DNA from: Octopus sinensis
Lineage: Eukaryota
NCBI RefSeq assembly: GCF_006345805.1
Contig: NW_021828154.1
Coordinates: 1 to 10,360 of the forward strand
Direction: 5' to 3'
Length of the DNA stretch: 10,360 nt
The translations under genes were made by a program, and so were the position numbers. Within the stretch, counting starts at the first letter, position 1. Each line of letters opens with the position of its first letter. Positions 1 to 8,224 of the stretch are shown piece by piece. The notes beneath the pieces are model-generated. The model had not been told where the DNA came from and did no database searches. It saw only the letters and a program-made list of their open reading frames with translations.

Positions 1-16
1 GTTAATATTAAATAAC

Positions 17-87
17 TTATAAAATAAGGTCAAAAGAAAAACATTCTAATGCCAAATATGCCGAAAATAGACAAATTGTCAATAACC
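17..87. repeat. Isolated arm of foldback family 2 (homologous to the left arm and loop of the 3034-3190 palindrome)
   Basis: TTATAAAATAAGGTCAAAAGAAAAACATTCTAATGCCAAATATGCCGAAAATAGACAAATTGTC aligns by eye to TTATAAATAAGGGCAAAAGAAAAAAATTTCTATGCCAATATGCTGAGAAATAGACTTTAAATTGTC at 3038-3103. Confidence 0.7.
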
Positions 88-280
88 ATTATAATTTATT
101 ACAATTAACACGTGTCTCGAAAGAAGCCGACAGGAATTTCTAAAAAATTCTGTTATTACCACATTGGTCCCAATTTCAGAATTTAACTCTGAAATAGGGA
201 CCAATACGGTAATAACGGAATTTTTTAGAAATTTCTATCGGCTTCTTTCGAGATATGTGTTAATTGTGATAAATTATAAT
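88..280. mobile_element. Foldback / palindromic MITE-like element (family 1), 93-bp arms and 7-nt loop
   Basis: Arms 88-180 and 188-280 are reverse complements at 84/93 positions with no gaps. The loop is ATTTAAC. The right end runs into (TA)n. No coding capacity. Confidence 0.8.
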
Positions 281-290
281 ATATATATAT

Positions 291-592
291 GTGGAAGCGC
301 ATTGGCCTAGTAGTTAGGGCAGCGGACTCGCGGTCATAGGACCGCGGTTTCGATTCCCAGACCGGGCGTTGTGAGTGTTTATTGAGCGAAAATACCTATA
401 GCTCCACGAGGCTCCGGCAGGGGGTGGTAGCGATCCCTGCTGTACTCTTTCGCCACAACTTTCTCTCACTCTTTCTTTTGTTGGCCTGCTCGCTTAGCCA
501 GTGGGGTGGCGTCATTTGAAGGCTAAAACAATGCGAAGCGCATTGTGACCAGCGATGTGTAACAACATCTGATGGCCTGGTCGGTCACGGTG

Positions 593-593
<1 letters not shown>
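291..593 (+). mobile_element. tRNA-derived SINE, family A
   Basis: A-box-like TGGCCTAGTAG (303-313) and B-box-like GGTTTCGATTCC (346-357) at tRNA spacing. A CORE-like TTGAGCGAAAATACCT follows. The 3' end has a GTGACC...GGTCAC stem-loop. It is a GC-rich 300-bp island with (TA)n on both sides. Confidence 0.8.

Positions 594-645
<52 letters not shown>
594..645. repeat. (TA)n microsatellite
   Basis: About 26 TA units with one G interruption. Confidence 0.95.
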
Positions 646-800
646 ACAAAGTGAAATTGTAAGGTACTGCATGAGTAGAAATATATATGAAAGAAGGTTT
701 GAAAAGGCAATTTTAAAAGATGTTTATTCACTTGACCGGTTTCACTTTTTTAGAAAAAGATCGTCAAAAGTAAAATGTAAAAGCTTTGTTTTGTTAGGTA
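646..800 (-). mobile_element. Probable Penelope-like element terminal (pLTR) fragment; left and right limits approximate
   Basis: The minus strand carries a minimal hammerhead-like motif (GAAACCGGTC) with AATAAA just 3' of the cleavage site and ends in (TA)n. This layout is typical of PLE termini. No RT ORF is present. Confidence 0.5.
723..775 (-). ncRNA. Minimal type I hammerhead-ribozyme-like motif (degenerate core)
   Basis: Minus strand reads TTTACTT-TTGACGA-TCTTTTTCTAAAAAAGT-GAA-ACCGGT-C-AAGTGAA. This gives a 7-bp stem I, a UUGACGA core, a 6-bp stem II, GAAA, palindromic stem III ACCGGT and a GUC triplet. Confidence 0.55.
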
Positions 801-920
801 CTGGTTGCCACAAAATATTACAATACATATATAAATTCTTTGATAATAAGAACATGTCAAAAACAGTTTACAAGGGAAAATCTTGGGAAAATATTAAAAA
901 AGTTCATTATATATATATAA

Positions 921-983
921 TTGTATTTCTGAAATGGAAAGAGAAATAATGTTTTTATTTCTCTTTCCATTTCAGAATTACAA
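921..983. repeat. Short inverted repeat / hairpin
   Basis: TTCTGAAATGGAAAGAGAAATAA (927-949) pairs perfectly with 955-977 around a 5-nt loop. The stem extends to 29 bp with one T-T mismatch. Confidence 0.85.
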
Positions 984-1160
984 CTATTAGTGGTTTAGAG
1001 TTTAGCTGCTCTTTCTAGTGAATCAGATGTCCTATTATGGCTATCCCTTATATGTTTGAATGTATATTATATAGTCTATTGACTATTTTTTCTTTCTCAC
1101 TTGACCGCAGGTAGCGGAGAATTTTTCTAGAATTTTTTGCTACCCTAACATTTATTAACA

Positions 1161-1161
1161 T

Positions 1162-1197
<36 letters not shown>
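1161..1197. repeat. (TA)n microsatellite
   Basis: Direct inspection. Confidence 0.9.
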
Positions 1198-1198
<1 letters not shown>

Positions 1199-1988
1199 AA
1201 GGGTTTGTATGATTGTGTATAGAGTGATATATATTAATTCAAAGGAATTCCAACTCTGTTCGTTTTTTTATGTTTTATTTATATTTTTTTATAATATTGA
1301 TGTAGAATATAAAATATATAGTATAAATAATATATATATAGCATAATGAAATGAAGTATTGATTGTCTTATTGAATAGATGAAATACTGAATATCAAATA
1401 TTAAGGGACTAGTACACTTTCTTGCATTTTAGCAGTCTTCAAGGCCTCAGGTTGTGACAGAAGTATATATAAGCGAGGGTGCTCAGTCATACAATAATGT
1501 AATAAATAAAATATATGCATACATACATACATATATGTACGTACCTACATCTACATGTATATATACATGCATATATAAATATATATATGTGAGTACAGGA
1601 CACCACAAATAGACGTAGAACTCAACGAGAAACGAAAACATAAAAATAAGGGAACGGACGTTTTTTAACAACGAAAAAACATATGTATATATATGTGTGT
1701 GTGTGGACAAGTGAATAGGACAAACAAAAAAAAAGGCATTCAATGCATTTATTTGGAGTTACATGTGTTATTTAAAACAGTTTGTTTTGGCTCCGTGCAA
1801 CTTAAAGTTTCGCGGGCCTCTAACAGAAGCCTATCTCTTTCAGGCTTAGGTTTCCAAATCTAATATGTATGCATACACACACACATCCACACACACATAC
1901 ATGTAGTCAGAAGAAAAATCCTGATTATCTCCCTTTCTTAGTATATAAAACCTGTACCGCACTTGAAAAAAGTCTAAAAACATTCAGA

Positions 1989-2104
1989 TCTATCTACCTC
2001 TCTATCTATCTAGCTATCTATCTATCTACCTCTCTCTCTATCTATCTATCTACCTCTCTATCTATCTATCTATCTATCTACCTCTCTATATATCTATCTA
2101 CCTC

Positions 2105-2136
<32 letters not shown>

Positions 2137-2391
2137 CCTCTCTATCTATCTACCTCTCTCTCTCTCTCTATCTATCTATCTACCTCTCTATCTATCTAGC
2201 TATCTATCTACCTCTCTATCTATCTATCTACCTCTCTATCTACCTCTCTCTCTCTCTCACTCTATCTATCTACCTCTCTATCTATCTATCTACCTCTCTA
2301 TCTATCTATCTACCTCTCTATCTATCTAGCTATCTATCTACCTCTCTATCTATCTATCTATCTATCTCTCTATCTATCCATCCATCCATCC
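1989..2391. repeat. Compound (TCTA)n / GATA-type tetranucleotide array ending in (TCCA)n
   Basis: About 400 bp of TCTA units interrupted by recurrent TCTACCTCTC and TAGC variants. It produces the spurious YLSI ORF 1869-2459. Confidence 0.95.
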
Positions 2392-2399
2392 ATTGCTTA

Positions 2400-2677
2400 C
2401 ATACATGCGCACCTTCGTTTTGGGATCACTACAACTTTGTAATCTCACCTACTTCTTAGCTCTCCTGTGTGACCCTTCTGTCCAGCATTCACCATGATAG
2501 ATTGCTAGCCACTACACACATTTTTTTCTCTCCTTGTTTCTTTCTGTGTTCCTTTCTGTGGAAGAGAGTAGGCTCGAAACGTTAAAGACTTTTTCAATTC
2601 CCGAGCGTTATACTAATACATCTGTTTGTTGTCTACACCACCTGTCTTCGTCTTTTGTTTTTTTGTGAATTCTCCCT
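2400..2677 (+). mobile_element. Probable Penelope-like element 3' terminal fragment
   Basis: T/C-rich segment containing GAAGAGAGTAGGCTCGAAACGTT, a hammerhead-like core of the type found in PLE termini. It ends at TTCTCCC followed by (TA)n. It resembles a common octopus repeat as I recall it. Single copy in the window. Confidence 0.5.
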
Positions 2678-2692
2678 ATATATATATATATA

Positions 2693-2961
2693 TCATCATC
2701 ATCATCATTATCGTTTAACGTCCGTTTTCCGCGCTAGCACGGGTTGGACGGTTCGACCGGTGTCTGGGAAGCCAGGGGCTGCTCCAGGCTCCAGTCTGAT
2801 CTGGCAGCGTTTCTACGGCTGGATGCCCTTCCTAACGCCAACCACTCCGCGAGTGTAGTGGGTGCTTTTTACGTGCCACCTGCACAGGTGCGGGGGGGGG
2901 GGTCTAGCATCAGCCACGATTGGTTGGAGCTTTTAACGTGCCAGCGGCACGGAAGCCAGCC
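2693..2961 (-). mobile_element. Family C retroelement ((GAT)n tail, RTE-like 3' end), 5'-truncated, 2 internal repeat units
   Basis: Homologous to 8606-8942 and 9365-9757. The sense strand ends ...GGAAAACGGACGTTAAACGAT(GAT)n and contains GGCGTTAGGAAGGGCATCCAGCCGTAG. Confidence 0.85.
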
Positions 2962-3033
2962 ATAAAATTTTTCAAAAAACAGATCTTATCAGTAGCCAGC
3001 ATATTAAAATGCATTTTAAGGTGAAAATTATGA

Positions 3034-3190
3034 ACAATTATAAATAAGGGCAAAAGAAAAAAATTTCTATGCCAATATGCTGAGAAATAGACTTTAAATT
3101 GTCTAACCACATACAATCTTGATGATCTAAAGTCTACTTTACAGCATATTGGCATAGAAAATGTTTTCTTTTGCCCTTATTTATGATTGT
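3034..3190. mobile_element. Foldback / palindromic MITE-like element (family 2), 63-bp arms and 31-nt spacer
   Basis: 3034-3096 and 3128-3190 are reverse complements at 57/63 positions. A second partial copy lies at 17-87. Confidence 0.75.
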
Positions 3191-3290
3191 CTATAGTAAA
3201 AGACACTAGCACAAGGTGCCACGCAGTTGGACTGAACCTGGAACCATGTGGTTGGTAAACAAGCTACTTACCGCACAGCCACTCCTGCAC
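3191..3290 (-). mobile_element. SINE family B, head-only fragment
   Basis: Matches the head of the 9354 copy (AAGGTGCCACGCAG...CACAGCCACTCCTGC) and retains the A/B-box region. Confidence 0.85.
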
Positions 3291-3395
3291 GTATATATAA
3301 ATATATATGTATATATATATTTATGTTTGTTTATATGTCAAGTTATGCATATAGAAGCAATTACACTGAATAATTAAACACAAAACAGAAGAAGC

Positions 3396-3793
3396 ACTCT
3401 TTTACTTGTTTCAGTCATTTGATTGCGGCCATGCTGGGGCACTGCCTTTAGTCGAGCAAATCGACCCCAGGACTTATTCTTTGTAAGCCTAGTACTTATT
3501 CTATCGGTCTCTTTTTGCCGAACCGCTAAGTGACGGGGACGTAAACGCACCAGCATCGGTTGTCAAGCAATGTTGGCGGGGGGGGGGGGGGCAAACACAG
3601 ACGCACAAACTCACACACATATATATACATATATACGACGGGCTTCTTTCAGTTTCCGTCTACCAACTCCACTCACAAGGCATTGGTCGGCCCAAGGCTA
3701 TAATGGAAGACACTTGCCCAAGGTGCCACGTAGTGGGACTGAACCCAGAACCATGTGGTTGGTAAGGAAGCTACTTACCACACAGCCACTCCT
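3396..3793 (-). mobile_element. tRNA-derived CORE-type SINE, family B, near full length
   Basis: Sense strand: A-box TGGCTGTGTGG, B-box GGTTCAGTCCC, CORE-like CACCTTGGGCAAGTGTCTT, an internal TA/TG microsatellite and a 3' tail GACTGAAACAAGTAAAAGAG. Homologous to 8225-8598 and 8951-9354. Confidence 0.9.
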
Positions 3794-3928
3794 AGATTTT
3801 TGTAGAGGGTAGGGTAGGTTTTTTTAAAACTTTTACAAGGAAAAACTTATTCTTTTGATAGTAACATTGAAGTTTTGACTTGTTCACCATCAGCAGTCTG
3901 ACAACAGCATGCAAGTCAAAATTCTGAG

Positions 3929-4095
3929 TCATTCCTCCTCCTCCTTAATGTCCATTTTCCATGCTGGCATGGGTTGGACAGTTTGATCAGAGCTGGTGAC
4001 CAGAGAACTGCACCAGGTTCCAGTCTAATTTGGCCCTGTTTCTCAAGGCAGGATGCTTTTAATGTGACACCAGCATGGGTGCTTTTACATGGTGC
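3929..4095 (-). mobile_element. Old, diverged family C relic
   Basis: TTAATGTCCATTTTCCATGCTGGCATGGGTTGGAC and GGTGCTTTTACATG match the family C 3' end and repeat unit. Confidence 0.7.
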
Positions 4096-4109
4096 TGTCA
4101 CAAATGCTT

Positions 4110-4339
4110 TTAACCCTTTCAATACCAACCCAACTGAAACCAGCTCTGGCTCGTAGTACAAATGTCTTGTTTTCAAAAGTTTTGAATTAAAATCTTCCCC
4201 CAAACCTTTGTCACCATATATGTTCCTAACACTAGCTTTAATTATAACTAAGTTATTTTACTAAATTCTTTGTTATATTTAAAATTAATTGAAAGAAACA
4301 CAGAGCATCTCAACAGAAATATGGTAACAAAAGGGTTAA
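4110..4339 (+). mobile_element. piggyBac-like MITE, copy 1 (230 bp including TTAA; strand arbitrary)
   Basis: TTAA-CCCTTTCAATACCA ... TGGTAACAAAAGGG-TTAA. The TTAA target duplication and CCC...GGG terminal inverted repeats are piggyBac hallmarks. Confidence 0.85.
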
Positions 4340-4362
4340 AATATATAATAGAGAAACAATTC

Positions 4363-4590
4363 TTAACTCTTTTGATACCAACCCTGCTGAAACTGGCTCT
4401 GGCTCTGTAGAACAATATCTTGTTTTCATAAGTTTTGAATTAAAATCTTCCACCAAACCTCAGTCACAATTTATGTTCCTAACACTAGCTTAATGATAAC
4501 TAAGTTATTTTACTAAATTCTCTGTTATATTTAAAATAATTGAAAGAAACACAGAGCATCTCAACAGAAATATGGTAACAAAGGGGTTAA
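4363..4590 (+). mobile_element. piggyBac-like MITE, copy 2
   Basis: TTAA-CTCTTTTGATACCA ... TGGTAACAAAGGGG-TTAA. Colinear with copy 1. Confidence 0.85.
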
Positions 4591-4606
4591 AGTCACCATG
4601 ATATTT

Positions 4607-4808
4607 TTAACCATTTTGATACCAACCTGGCTGAAACCGCCTCTGGTTCTGTAGTACAAATGTGTTGTTTTCAATAAGTTCTGAATTAAAATCTTCCACC
4701 AAACTTTAGTCACAATTTATGTTCCTAACACTAGCTTACGGATAAAGATATTTTACTAAATTCTTTGCTATATTTAAAATTATGTGAAAGAAACACAGAA
4801 CATGTTAA
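4607..4808 (+). mobile_element. piggyBac-like MITE, copy 3 (most of the right TIR deleted)
   Basis: TTAA-CCATTTTGATACCA..., colinear to AAACACAGAACAT, then jumps to GTTAA (a deletion of roughly 26 bp). Confidence 0.8.
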
Positions 4809-4825
4809 GAAAAGGTGTGAGTGAA

Positions 4826-5098
4826 TATATGTATATATATGTCCATATATATGTGTATATATGTATGTATGTATATATGTATATATATATATTTATTTAT
4901 ATACACATATATATGCATGTATGTAAGTTATGATAATTTGACACATTGAAAATTCTGGTTCACACTTTGCTTTTTATGCTTAACACAATTCATGCAAATT
5001 ATACATACATACTCAAGCATATATATATATAAATATATATATATATATGCATGTGTGAATGTATATTTTGTGTGTGTATGTATATACATATATATATG
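4826..5098. repeat. Dispersed TA / TATG / TG microsatellite patches
   Basis: Direct inspection. Confidence 0.8.
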
Positions 5099-5399
5099 AG
5101 AAAAGTTGAGTTCAATTATAACGTTTTTGCTCTAGTTATTAGATTTCTAATACAGATTCTTCATATCAAAATTGTAGCTTATTTAAAAAATATGAAAATT
5201 TGACAAGTATAAGGTGTGTTATGAGCATTTATAGAACAGGTATTCTATAGAAACTCAACTGATAATTAAAGACGGAGAATGGAAAATTCTAAAAGTTTTA
5301 TAAAATTTTAAACCATGCATCTAAAACTTTTAACATCTTCTCTTCTTCATCTTTAATTGTTAGTTGAGTTTATATGTTCTATAAATGTCCATAACACAC

Positions 5400-5760
5400 C
5401 TATACACACACACATATATATATATACATACACATGTGTATATATGTATATATATATTATTATATATATATATATACACACATGTATATATGTACATATA
5501 TATACACATGTATATATGTACATATATATGTATATATATATATATATACATACACATGTATATATTTACACATATATATATATATAGATGCACCCATGTA
5601 TATATGTACATATATATACACACATGTATATATGTACATATATATGTATACACACACATGTATATAAGTACATATATATATATATACATACACATGTATA
5701 TATGTATGTACATATATATATATACACATGTATATATGTACATATATATATATATATATG
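5400..5760. repeat. Complex TA/CA minisatellite with a recurrent ACACATGTATATATGTACATATATAT unit
   Basis: The unit recurs several times. It is the source of the Y/I/H/M/C-rich spurious ORFs. A second copy lies at ~6855-7092. Confidence 0.9.
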
Positions 5761-6053
5761 AATATGCTCTAGAAAAACATGGTGTATATATATATATGTG
5801 TTCATGCATGTGTGTGTGTGTGTGGTGTGTGTGCGTGTGTATGTGCCATATTTATTTAGAGTATATTGCTAGCCTCAGTATAATACAATCCAAGTTTTGA
5901 ACATCATAATCAATCGGATAAACCATCCCCCATCTCACCCCCCCATGTGTATGGTTCCTCTTGAAATTGGAATATATTACTGCTTGTTGAGTTTAATTCT
6001 AGTGCTTCAGAATAGATATTTCACATCCCTTACAGATAGATATGGAATATAAG

Positions 6054-6440
6054 CCCACAACCCACAACACAACAGAGTCACATACACACACACACAGAGT
6101 CACATACACACACACACACAGACACACAGACAGACACACACACACACACACACCACACACAAACAAACACAACACAGCACACAACACACACACAGATACA
6201 CATACACACACACAACACACACACAAACCACCACACACACACACACCCCACCACACACCGACACATACACACACATACACACCACACACACAACCACACA
6301 CTCACAAACACAGACACACACACACAACACAGACACACAGACACATACACACGCGCACACACAAACACAGACACACACACAGACACACAAACACAGACAC
6401 ACAGACACACACACAACAACAGATACACATACACACACAC
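6054..6440. repeat. Imperfect (CA)n / CAGACA array, copy 1
   Basis: Source of the HT- and VC-rich spurious ORFs. Confidence 0.95.
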
Positions 6441-6672
6441 AAACTTAGGAGATATCCTGTGAAATGCTTCAAAATGTGTTTTTGCAATGCTAAAGATAGA
6501 TTTGAAATTTTGCAGGGATATAGACAGAGTACATTGAAATTTTTCAAAATTGTTTTGGCATAAGATTTGAAATCTATTTGTTTTGGAGTCACAAGTAAAA
6601 ACATAAAACTCTGTCAGTTTTCTTTTTTAAATTTGTCTGATTTCATTGAAATAGAAAGTTAATTCTGAGACA

Positions 6673-6716
<44 letters not shown>

Positions 6717-6850
6717 GCTTCCTAACCAACACATGGTTCCAGGTTCAGTCCCACTGTGTGATCTTGGGCAAGTGTCTCCTACTATAGCCCGGCCGACAAT
6801 GCCTTCTGAGTGGATTTGGTAACGGAAGCTGAAAGAAGATGTCGTACATA
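6717..6850 (+). mobile_element. SINE family B head fragment (A box missing)
   Basis: GGTTCAGTCCC B box and CORE-like TCTTGGGCAAGTG. It has several 1-2 nt deletions relative to the 8225 copy. Confidence 0.9.
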
Positions 6851-7383
6851 TGTATATATATAATATATATATATATACACATACACATTATATATTTACA
6901 CATATATATATATATAGATGCACCCATGTATATATGTACATATATATACACACATGTATATATGTACATATATATGTATACACACACATGTATATAAGTA
7001 CATTATTATATATATACATACACATGGATATATGTATGTACATATATATATATACACATGTTATATATGTACATATATATATATATATATATGAATATGC
7101 TCTAGAAAAACATGGTGTATATATATATATGTGTTCATGCATGTGTGTGTTGTGTGTGTGTGTGGTGCGGTGTATGTGCCATATTATTTAGAGTATATTG
7201 CTAGCTCAGTATAATACAATCCAAGTTTTGAACATCATAATCAATCGGATAAACCATCCCCCATCTCACCCCCCCATGTGTATGGTTCCTCTTGAAATTG
7301 GAATATATTACTGCTTGTTGAGTTTAATTCTAGTGCTTCAGATAGATATTTCACATCCCTTACAGATAGATATGGAATATAAG

Positions 7384-7765
7384 CACACACACACACACAC
7401 ACAGAGTCACATACACACACACACAGAGTCACATACACACACACACACAGACACACAGACAGACACACACACACACACACACCACACAAACACAGACACA
7501 CACAACACACACACAGAGAAACATACACCACACACAAACACACACACACAAACACAGACCACACACACACACACACACACACCAGAGACACATACCACAC
7601 ACCACACACACACAAACACACACACACAAACACAGACACACACACACAAACACAGACACACAGACACATACACACGCGCACACACAAACACAGACACACA
7701 CACAGACACACAAACACAGACACACAGACACACACACACACACAAGATACACATACACACACACT
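7384..7765. repeat. Imperfect (CA)n / CAGACA array, copy 2
   Basis: Duplicate of 6054-6440. Confidence 0.95.
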
Positions 7766-8009
7766 CAAACTTAGGAGATATCCTGTGAAATGCTTCAAAA
7801 TGTGTTTTTGCAATGCTAAAGATAGATTTGAAATTTTGCAGGGATATAGACAGAGTACATGTTGAAATTTTTCAAAATTGTTTTGGCATAAGATTTGAAA
7901 TCTATTTGTTTTGGAGTCACAAGTAATAAACATAAAACTCTGTCAGTTTTCTTTTTTAAATTTGTCTGATTTCATTGAAATAGAAAGTTAATTCTGAGAC
8001 ACTGTATAT

Positions 8010-8042
<33 letters not shown>

Positions 8043-8044
8043 TA

Positions 8045-8185
8045 GCTTCCTAACCAACCACTGGTTCCAGGTTCAGTCCCACTGTGTGGCATCTTGGGCC
8101 AAGTGTCTCCTACTATAGCCCCGGGCCGACAATGCCTTCTGAGTGGATTTGGTAGACGGAAGCTGAAAGAAGCCTGTCGTACATA
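8045..8185 (+). mobile_element. SINE family B head fragment (A box missing)
   Basis: Same 5' truncation point as the 6717 and 8225 copies. Confidence 0.9.
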
Positions 8186-8224
8186 TGTATATATTATATA
8201 TAATATATATATATGTATATATAT

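Larger units (their letters stand above)
5549..8205 (+). repeat. Tandem duplication with ~1.33-kb period (5549-6879 and 6880-~8205)
   Basis: Anchor offsets: GATGCACCC 5587/6917, GAATATGCTCT 5760/7093, AAACTTAGG 6441/7767, GAGACACTG 6667/7996, GCTTCCT 6717/8045 (1326-1333 bp). Confidence 0.95.

Noticed and set aside
291-367. Possible tRNA gene
   Set aside because: It has A/B boxes, but I could not build a complete cloverleaf and it continues into a SINE body.
671-949. 92-aa plus-strand ORF
   Set aside because: K/F/Y-rich composition typical of AT-rich noncoding DNA, no recognisable motif, and antisense to the PLE-like fragment.
1110-1144. 14-bp hairpin GGTAGCGGAGAATT...AATTTTTTGCTACC
   Set aside because: Short and dependent on three G-U pairs; plausible by chance.
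1464-1488. TATATAAG followed by TCAGTC (TATA plus Inr-like)
   Set aside because: Spacing is about 20 nt rather than about 30, and TATA-like words are ubiquitous here.
1591-1735. CpG-containing A-rich segment resembling the end of another octopus repeat
   Set aside because: Single copy here with no diagnostic motif; the resemblance is from memory only.
1812-1860. Acceptor-like TCTCTTTCAG at 1834-1843 and possible micro-exon
   Set aside because: No consensus donor or interpretable reading frame follows.
1869-2459. 196-aa YLSI-repeat ORF
   Set aside because: Translation of the (TCTA)n microsatellite.
3871-3923. 10-12 bp inverted repeat TTTTGACTTG/CAAGTCAAAA
   Set aside because: The interior pairs poorly; not a convincing precursor or element.
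6441-6676. Tc1/mariner-like terminus TA-CAGTGTCTCAGAATTAAC on the minus strand (duplicated at 7767-8005)
   Set aside because: No opposite TIR or transposase remnant in the window, so it cannot be supported.
5357-7933. Many overlapping Y/I/H/T/C/V-rich ORFs on both strands
   Set aside because: Translations of TA and CA microsatellites, which lack stop codons in several frames.
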